From: Sulfurimonadaceae bacterium
GTDB lineage: Bacteria > Campylobacterota > Campylobacteria > Campylobacterales > Sulfurimonadaceae
DNA: 21,364 bases
Assembly: GCA_041562555.1 (NCBI GenBank)
Contig: JBFEXS010000026.1
Coordinates: 1-21,364 of the forward strand
Reading direction: 5' to 3'
Shown here: positions 16,132 to 21,364 of the stretch, piece after piece
How positions within the stretch are numbered: position 1 is the first letter of the stretch
Layout: each line of letters opens with the position of its first letter
Notes under the pieces: generated by a model
Seen by the model: only the letters and a program-made list of their open reading frames with translations
Databases searched by the model: none
What the model was told of the DNA's origin: nothing
Made by a program: the position numbers and the translations under genes

Positions 16132-16171
16132 ATTGTAACCAGAATCAACTTGAACAATCTTTGAAGCAATC
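16132..16171 (-). promoter_or_regulatory. Putative hydA promoter with an upstream direct repeat
   Basis: GGTTACAAT -10 on the minus strand (16132-16140). TTGAACAATC and TTGAAGCAATC at 16150 and 16161 (plus strand) are 11 bp apart. Confidence 0.45.
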
Positions 16172-16305
16172 AGCAAAATAATTTCACTCCTGTACCTACA
16201 AAGACAAGAATGATAAGATCATTTCAACAAAATGCTATTTAATAAGTCTGATTTTATGCAGAAAGTGTTCTATGTTATGATTGCACAGACATTGATTAAA
16301 GGCTG

Positions 16306-17181
16306 ATGATGAAAAAGATAATTCTACTCAATATATTGTTGATAGTTACACTATATGCTACCCCGAAAGAAAATATGGATGGAAATAAAATAGTACAAAG
16401 TCTTGATAATCGAAAGGCTCCCTTGTATACACCGTTTGTAGAGAACTATATTCTCAATGAGATCAAAGCATTAAGGGATGAAAATCGTGATCTAAAAGTG
16501 ATGGTAAATACAGAATTGGCAGAAAGAGAACTCCGTGTGACCGATAAAGCTATCAATTATGCGACGTCCACGATGAATAATATGTTTTATATCATCGCAG
16601 CGGCCAGTTCCATTCTTGTATTGCTAGGGTGGAACTCGTTAAGAGATCTCAATGATCGTTTAAAAGGTATGGTAGATGAGAAAATCCAAAAAGTCATATC
16701 GGGTTACGAAGAGAGAATGGAAAAGTTAGAGTATGATCTTTCACAACGTTCCCAGCAGGTCTTAAAAAACCAAGAGGAGATTGCACGAACCAATACCATA
16801 CACTCTTTGTGGATGCGTGCTGGCTTAGAGACAACAGCCGGCGGTAAAATCGACATCTATGATCAGATTTTAGCCATTCGCCCTAAGGACTCGGAAGCAC
16901 TGTCTTATAAGGCTGATGCCGCATTGGAAGCAGGTGAGGCACATTGGGCATTAAGTCTATCGAATCGAGCCCTGGCTATTTCACCGACTAATGCATACGC
17001 ACTCTTTCAACGTGCCTGTGCCTACAGTGCCTTGGGACAAGCTGACAACGCATTGGCAGATTTAGAGAAAGTCTTGGATGAAAACGATCAATACATCGAC
17101 GATGTATTAAAAGAACCCGAATTTGATGTCATACGAAATGAGTCTAGGTTTGTCGAGTTGTTGAATAAGCATAAAGATTAG
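16306..17181 (+). CDS. Membrane-anchored tetratricopeptide repeat protein
   Basis: N-terminal signal-peptide-like segment, coiled coils around one TM segment (MFYIIAAASSILVLLGW), and C-terminal TPRs (ALSYKADAA, ALFQRACAYSALG..DNALADL, EPEFDVIRNESRF). Confidence 0.88.
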   Translation: MMKKIILLNILLIVTLYATPKENMDGNKIVQSLDNRKAPLYTPFVENYILNEIKALRDENRDLKVMVNTELAERELRVTDKAINYATSTMNNMFYIIAAASSILVLLGWNSLRDLNDRLKGMVDEKIQKVISGYEERMEKLEYDLSQRSQQVLKNQEEIARTNTIHSLWMRAGLETTAGGKIDIYDQILAIRPKDSEALSYKADAALEAGEAHWALSLSNRALAISPTNAYALFQRACAYSALGQADNALADLEKVLDENDQYIDDVLKEPEFDVIRNESRFVELLNKHKD

Positions 17182-17188
17182 GATAAAT

Positions 17189-17224
17189 GGGTCAGATACC
17201 AATGTAAACTTTAATAGCTGGCTT
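17189..17224. repeat. Possible degenerate GGGTCAG...CTGACCC-type palindromic element
   Basis: GGGTCAG-22 nt-CTGGCTT, 7 nt after the TPR stop. It resembles the element at 20131-20176. Confidence 0.3.
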
Positions 17225-17395
17225 TTGATAGCTTTAATTAACAGCATTACTCTAAAGGCTTATGAAACATACAGTTATGTTAGCTATAAACCCACATAAA
17301 AGATATATTATTGACGAAGAGTGTGATGTCAGCGACTGGACAAATTAAACTTTGATACAATAAAAAACTGTATAGGATTTTCACGAAGGGTATAA

Positions 17396-17632
17396 ATGAA
17401 AGTAGATAAATATGATGTTTCGGCAGAGTCAGGTGCTTCAATATGGGTATTGGTCAAACACGGTACGGAAATTGAGAAGTTTGAAATGCCTGAGGGCTAC
17501 AGTATCAAAGGTTTTATTGAGACGTTTGAGCTAAACAAAGATTCAGACTTGGATTATGAACAGGCAATGGAGCGAATGAAGGTAAAAGGCTGTTACTATG
17601 GCACCACGTTTAAGGGATGTTCTATTAAATAA
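17396..17632 (+). CDS. Hypothetical protein (78 aa; weak resemblance to the YcgL domain)
   Basis: GAAGGG RBS and a TGATACAAT extended -10 upstream. Confidence 0.75.
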   Translation: MKVDKYDVSAESGASIWVLVKHGTEIEKFEMPEGYSIKGFIETFELNKDSDLDYEQAMERMKVKGCYYGTTFKGCSIK

Positions 17633-17711
17633 AATATAAAGTGCTATAAAAAGCACCCTGTTCCCTTTAATTTTAAGAGAATACAATAGTATTAAAATAA
17701 ATAGAGGTGTG

Positions 17712-19136
17712 ATGATGAAAGTTTTATTGACAGGTGCCAATGGATACATAGGAAGACGTTTAAAACAGGCTCTCACACATGAAGATATCTCATTACGCCT
17801 TCTTGTACGTAACCCCAAAAGCCTCGATCCAGGTTTAGATGCCGAAGTGTTTCAAGGAGATACTTTTAATCCCGCTTCACTCGAAAATGCACTCGAAGGT
17901 GTTGATGTTGCTTACTATCTTGTACACTCCTTAGAACAAAAGAACTATCAAGAACTTGATAAACTCAGTGCTCAAAACTTTTTAGATGCTGCCATAAAGC
18001 AAGGTGTGAAGCGCATCATCTATCTCGGCGGACTGGGTATTAAAGAAGAAGCCAGTAAGCATCTTCTAAGTCGTATCGAGACTGGCGAGGTCCTTTCAAG
18101 CAGACCTGATAAGATAGAAACAATTTGGATACGTGCAGGTGTCATCATCGGATCAGGAAGTTCAAGCTTTGAGATCATCAGACACCTGACAGAAAAACTA
18201 CCTGTTATGGTCACCCCAAAATGGGTAAATACACTTGCTCAACCCGTAGGCGTAGATGATGTTATTGAGTATCTCAATGCCTCAAAAAATATAGAGATCC
18301 GAGGCAATTTAATTGTAGATATAGGCAGTGAGCAAATGACGTATAAAGATATGATGTTACGCTGTGCCAGTGCATTAGGTCTGCGACGTTGGATCTTCCC
18401 GCTTCCTATACTTACGATAAAACTATCATCCTATTGGCTTAATCTTTTTACCCCAGTGCCTTATACTGTCGCTCGTTCACTCATCGAAGGACTCTCATCA
18501 GAGGTTATCATACAAAATGACAATGCAAAAAAGTACTTTCCTGACATACACCCTATGGGCTTTGAAGATGCCGTTAAAAAAGCCATACAGGAGATGGAAG
18601 AGAATCAAGTCTTTAGTCGCTGGAGTGATGCCGGTGGGGTGTATGACCAATGGGAACTTCAGCACAAAAACGACCCCTCTTCATCTGTTCTGATGGATAG
18701 ACAGACGCTGCCGCTCGATGGTATCCCTAGTGAAAATGTCTACCTTACTTTTTGCTCCATTGGTGGTAAACAAGGTTGGTTTGGTTACGACTGGCTGTGG
18801 GAGATACGAGGATTAATAGACAAACTCTTAGGTGGTGCAGGTATCAATCGAGGACGAAGAGACTCACAGACGTTACGTATAGGAGAGAGTGTAGACTTTT
18901 GGAGAGTGGAGAACTTGACTGAGAACAAAAGACTGCTACTCTATGCACAGATGAAAGTCCCAGGTAAAGCCTGGCTAGAGTTTACCATCAAAGAAGATAA
19001 GCTGGTACAAACAGCCTACTTCTATCCGCGAGGACTTTGGGGAAGATTATACTGGTATGCACTGATTCCCGTACACTATTTAGTCTTTAGAAAGATGATA
19101 AAAACCATCCTTAAAAATGCTCATGCATTAAAGTGA
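17712..19136 (+). CDS. YbjT-like atypical SDR / NAD(P)-binding oxidoreductase with a C-terminal DUF2867-type domain
   Basis: KVLLTGANGYIG Rossmann motif, AYYLVHS, RIIYLGGL, IIGSGSSSFE. C-terminal IGGKQGW, DFWRVE, AQMKVPGKAWLEF and PRGLWGRLYWY. The start could be 17709, 17712 or 17715. Confidence 0.92.
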   Translation: MMKVLLTGANGYIGRRLKQALTHEDISLRLLVRNPKSLDPGLDAEVFQGDTFNPASLENALEGVDVAYYLVHSLEQKNYQELDKLSAQNFLDAAIKQGVKRIIYLGGLGIKEEASKHLLSRIETGEVLSSRPDKIETIWIRAGVIIGSGSSSFEIIRHLTEKLPVMVTPKWVNTLAQPVGVDDVIEYLNASKNIEIRGNLIVDIGSEQMTYKDMMLRCASALGLRRWIFPLPILTIKLSSYWLNLFTPVPYTVARSLIEGLSSEVIIQNDNAKKYFPDIHPMGFEDAVKKAIQEMEENQVFSRWSDAGGVYDQWELQHKNDPSSSVLMDRQTLPLDGIPSENVYLTFCSIGGKQGWFGYDWLWEIRGLIDKLLGGAGINRGRRDSQTLRIGESVDFWRVENLTENKRLLLYAQMKVPGKAWLEFTIKEDKLVQTAYFYPRGLWGRLYWYALIPVHYLVFRKMIKTILKNAHALK

Positions 19137-19221
19137 AAATTTTAACGTCAATTCCAAAGCAATAGAGGCAATATCCCATTTGTTCTTATTTGTAGGTTTA
19201 TTCTACAGACGTAGTCGTTAC

Positions 19222-19413
19222 CTAAGCCAATTTTTCAGAGCTTACTTTATTTGCTCTATATACTTTTCTATTGGTCGTAGGGTTTTCAGGGCCTCTGAGC
19301 AGCGGATCGACTTTGTCGAGATCTAAGTTTCTCGCCTGTTGCTCATAAGGGGACCCGACAAGCGATGAGAAGACATTCCAAGCATGTTTTGCTATTTTCT
19401 TTAAGATCATCAT
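19222..19413 (-). CDS. Hypothetical protein (about 62 aa)
   Basis: GGAGGA RBS immediately upstream of ATG ATG. The second ATG (19410) may be the real start. Confidence 0.65.
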   Translation of the reverse strand: MMILKKIAKHAWNVFSSLVGSPYEQQARNLDLDKVDPLLRGPENPTTNRKVYRANKVSSEKLA

Positions 19414-19535
19414 TCCTCCAAATAAAAAACTATGAGTATTACTGTATCTTATTCACTATAATCTAATGTTTAAATCAACAAACAAAAGAGAAGAAACAAA
19501 TTTACTCTTGGCTTAGGCCTATGTTGCTCTTGCTT

Positions 19536-19928
19536 CTATTTGGTCCACACATAATTTGTCGTATTCTTTTGTTTTGCTTTAAACAGATCCTCTACAAAAT
19601 GGTTTTTTTCATAAAACATGTTCAAACCACTGCTGACTGACAGCAAGGTGATCGTATCAAACTCTTTTTTGAGACACTCGATCAGATAGGTTCCCAGACC
19701 ATTCTTCTGATAATAGGCATCGATGGATATTTGACTGATAGAAATCTTTTTTAAAAGCGCATCTTTTATCCTGTAGTCAATAAACCCGATGGCATTAATA
19801 TCCAGATATAAATCGAGTCTATTGCTGTATGTACTTTGATGCGAGTAAGAGGTTGATATATTACTTCGGTTTTGCTGTGCATGGATGAGGGCACAGGAGT
19901 CCTGTAGTGCTGCATTAACATTTGTCAT
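19536..19928 (-). CDS. GNAT-like protein (130 aa)
   Basis: ISIDAYYQKNGLGTYLI (motif A) and FYEKNHF (motif B). GAGGA RBS precedes ATG 19928. Confidence 0.75.
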   Translation of the reverse strand: MTNVNAALQDSCALIHAQQNRSNISTSYSHQSTYSNRLDLYLDINAIGFIDYRIKDALLKKISISQISIDAYYQKNGLGTYLIECLKKEFDTITLLSVSSGLNMFYEKNHFVEDLFKAKQKNTTNYVWTK

Positions 19929-19979
19929 GATAGGCTTCCTCAGAGTGAGCACATCGGTCAAAGACGGGCGTGCATCGTG

Positions 19980-20100
19980 AAAAAAGCCTAACTAAAATCA
20001 ATGCAAATCAATTTGAGTAGATCTAAGCTTTCTGTATGATTAGTAAAGTTTTTAAAGCATTTTAAAAACGAAGTCAAATACAGATCAAATACTTGAAATT
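19980..20100 (-). ncRNA. Candidate structured leader or sRNA ending in a terminator-like hairpin
   Basis: It lies downstream of TGCTATAAT and contains the hairpin GTTTTTAAA/TTTAAAAAC and the stem AAAGCTTAG/TTAGGCTTT ending in a U6 run. There is no sizeable ORF. Confidence 0.3.
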
Positions 20101-20106
20101 ACGCGA

Positions 20107-20115
20107 ATTATAGCA
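20107..20115 (-). promoter_or_regulatory. Consensus extended -10 promoter
   Basis: TGCTATAAT followed by GC-rich TCGCG. Confidence 0.65.
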
Positions 20116-20130
20116 CAATAGTGAAATATA

Positions 20131-20176
20131 AAGGGTCAAGATTATTTAACCATTAAAAATTAATGACCTGACCCCT
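20131..20176. repeat. REP-like imperfect palindrome (GGGTCA...TGACCTGACCCC)
   Basis: AAGGGTCAAGATTATT...TAATGACCTGACCCCT has GC-rich arms in an AT-rich context and lies 16 nt beyond the HEPN stop. Confidence 0.5.
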
Positions 20177-20192
20177 ATCCTACAAATTGCTT

Positions 20193-20906
20193 CTAAAAAA
20201 CATCATAATAAGTCAACTTATTATCAATTATCTTTAACTCTTGTAGCATTTTAAACATATGAAGGTACTCATGTTTAGTATAACTAGTCGAGGTTGCTAA
20301 AAACACATCTTCGATTAAAGCTAAAACATTTTGCGGGTATTTAGATATTTTATCAATATCTTCCCATGACACACCAAAACCTTCTATAACCTTTTTATCT
20401 GTATGGGCTATTTGTGTATCTCTGATATTTTTCAAAGATTCAAGTTGCGATTCAAAGTTTTTCTTATTTTTTTCATTGTCTATTTTTAGCTTTTTAACTA
20501 AATCTTGTACAAACCTATCATTAATTCTTGTAAATACCTTTTGACCATTTTCCATTTTTTCAACAACAGTCTCTTTATATTTATTAAAATCGAAATCTAG
20601 AAAAATATGACTCTCTGGATTAAAACCTAATCCAGGTAATTCATTTCGGTTTGATTCAATAAAGTTAATGATACTATCTAATGAAACACTGTTTCTATCA
20701 TATACCTTAGATAAGGATAGCAACAACTGATCTATACATTGTAATTGAATAAAAGAAAAAAAAGAACGATATTTAGATGTATTTATTTCCTCATAATAAT
20801 GAGAAATTATTTCTTCCATCTTAAGAGATATATGAAACTTATAAATATTATCAGATAACTTTCTTGTATAGTCATATAGTTTGTTTTGTTTATCATTGTA
20901 ATCCAT
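20193..20906 (-). CDS. HEPN-domain protein (AbiU2-like), putative RNase/defence protein
   Basis: All-helical pattern with LLLSLSKVYDR.SVSL and LKNIRDTQIAHTD (R-x5-H). Very AT-rich: two sampled 60-nt lines had 13 and 14 G+C. Confidence 0.75.
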   Translation of the reverse strand: MDYNDKQNKLYDYTRKLSDNIYKFHISLKMEEIISHYYEEINTSKYRSFFSFIQLQCIDQLLLSLSKVYDRNSVSLDSIINFIESNRNELPGLGFNPESHIFLDFDFNKYKETVVEKMENGQKVFTRINDRFVQDLVKKLKIDNEKNKKNFESQLESLKNIRDTQIAHTDKKVIEGFGVSWEDIDKISKYPQNVLALIEDVFLATSTSYTKHEYLHMFKMLQELKIIDNKLTYYDVF

Positions 20907-20945
20907 AAAGCTAATTATCTCATAAAATAATTAATATACTAAAAT

Positions 20946-21037
20946 TTAAGGAGTAGTGTAATTGCAAGGGTCTGAGTGAGGAAGCGTACATCGGTACACG
21001 ACGAGGGAAGCAACGCAGCAAGTGCGCCGCTATTTAA
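20946..21037. repeat. 92-bp hairpin-forming intergenic repeat (REP/MITE-like)
   Basis: TTAA at both ends. The arms TTAAGGAGTAGTGTAATTGC and GCAAGTGCGCCGCTATTTAA pair with G-T wobbles on the plus strand, around a central GTAC-ATCG-GTAC hairpin. Confidence 0.6.
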
Positions 21038-21046
21038 GTTTTAGAG

Positions 21047-21364
21047 TTAAACTGGTTTAACAGTTACGCCGTATTTCTCTTCAGCATCTTTACGAGACTC
21101 AAGAGCATAGTTTTCGATCTCGTTGAAGTTTAGGTATTTATAAACATCCGCTTCTTTACCGGCTAGTTTAGCAGGTACGATCTCCATGTACTCTTCAACC
21201 GTCGGGATACGACCAAGTTTAGCACATAGTGCTGCAAGCTCTGCAGAACCTAGGTAAACCTGAGTCTCTTTACCAAGACGGTTGTCGAAGTTACGAGTAG
21301 ATGTAGAGAATACTGTAGCACCTTTTCTAGCTTGTGCCTGGTTACCCATACATAGTGAACAACC
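21047..21364 (-). CDS. acnB: Aconitate hydratase B, C-terminal end (5' partial)
   Basis: [10 protein letters not shown]...[14 protein letters not shown]...[10 protein letters not shown]...[10 protein letters not shown]...YKYLNFN. Confidence 0.97.
   Translation of the reverse strand, partial: GCSLCMGNQAQARKGATVFSTSTRNFDNRLGKETQVYLGSAELAALCAKLGRIPTVEEYMEIVPAKLAGKEADVYKYLNFNEIENYALESRKDAEEKYGVTVKPV

Noticed and set aside
16306..17181. TPR protein as a hydrogenase accessory factor
   Set aside because: The only support is divergent adjacency. It has its own promoter-like motif and no metal-binding motifs.
19536..20906. HEPN-MNT or GNAT toxin-antitoxin pair
   Set aside because: There is no nucleotidyltransferase or RHH antitoxin gene, and the two genes are separated by a palindrome, a promoter and a long leader.
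1..21364. CRISPR array, tRNA/rRNA, integron attC array or transposase
   Set aside because: I saw no regularly spaced repeats, cloverleaf-like sequences, convincing attC sites or transposase/integrase motifs by eye.

Overview
A 21.4-kb chromosomal stretch packed with mostly unlinked, single-gene transcription units, bounded by two partial genes: the 3' end of an FtsH/peptidase M41-type gene and the 3' end of acnB. The promoters (gnTAnaAT/TGnTATAAT -10 boxes without clear -35 boxes), the AAGGA ribosome-binding sites and the gene content suggest a free-living Campylobacterota genome (Sulfurovum/Sulfurimonas-like). That assignment is inference. Recognisable genes encode a hemerythrin, a Crp/Fnr regulator, a stand-alone NifU-C/Nfu domain, thioredoxin, two GNATs, shikimate kinase, a short LRR protein, an HPP-family membrane protein, SelO/YdiU, a GDCCVxC protein, a TPR membrane protein, a YbjT-like oxidoreductase and a low-GC HEPN protein. 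The standout is a solitary, apparently catalytically intact monomeric [FeFe]-hydrogenase (CpI-like architecture) fused to a C-terminal SnoaL/NTF2-like domain, with no maturase or partner-subunit genes in the window. Other notable items are three intact but motif-degenerate proteins (IspE-like, PxpA/LamB-like, receiver domain), a single-base frameshifted gene, a HEPN gene between two different hairpin repeats, a candidate structured leader or sRNA, a palindromic bidirectional promoter and probable leaderless mRNAs. I saw no rRNA, tRNA, CRISPR array or transposase gene. All family calls come from motif recognition by eye, not database searches.
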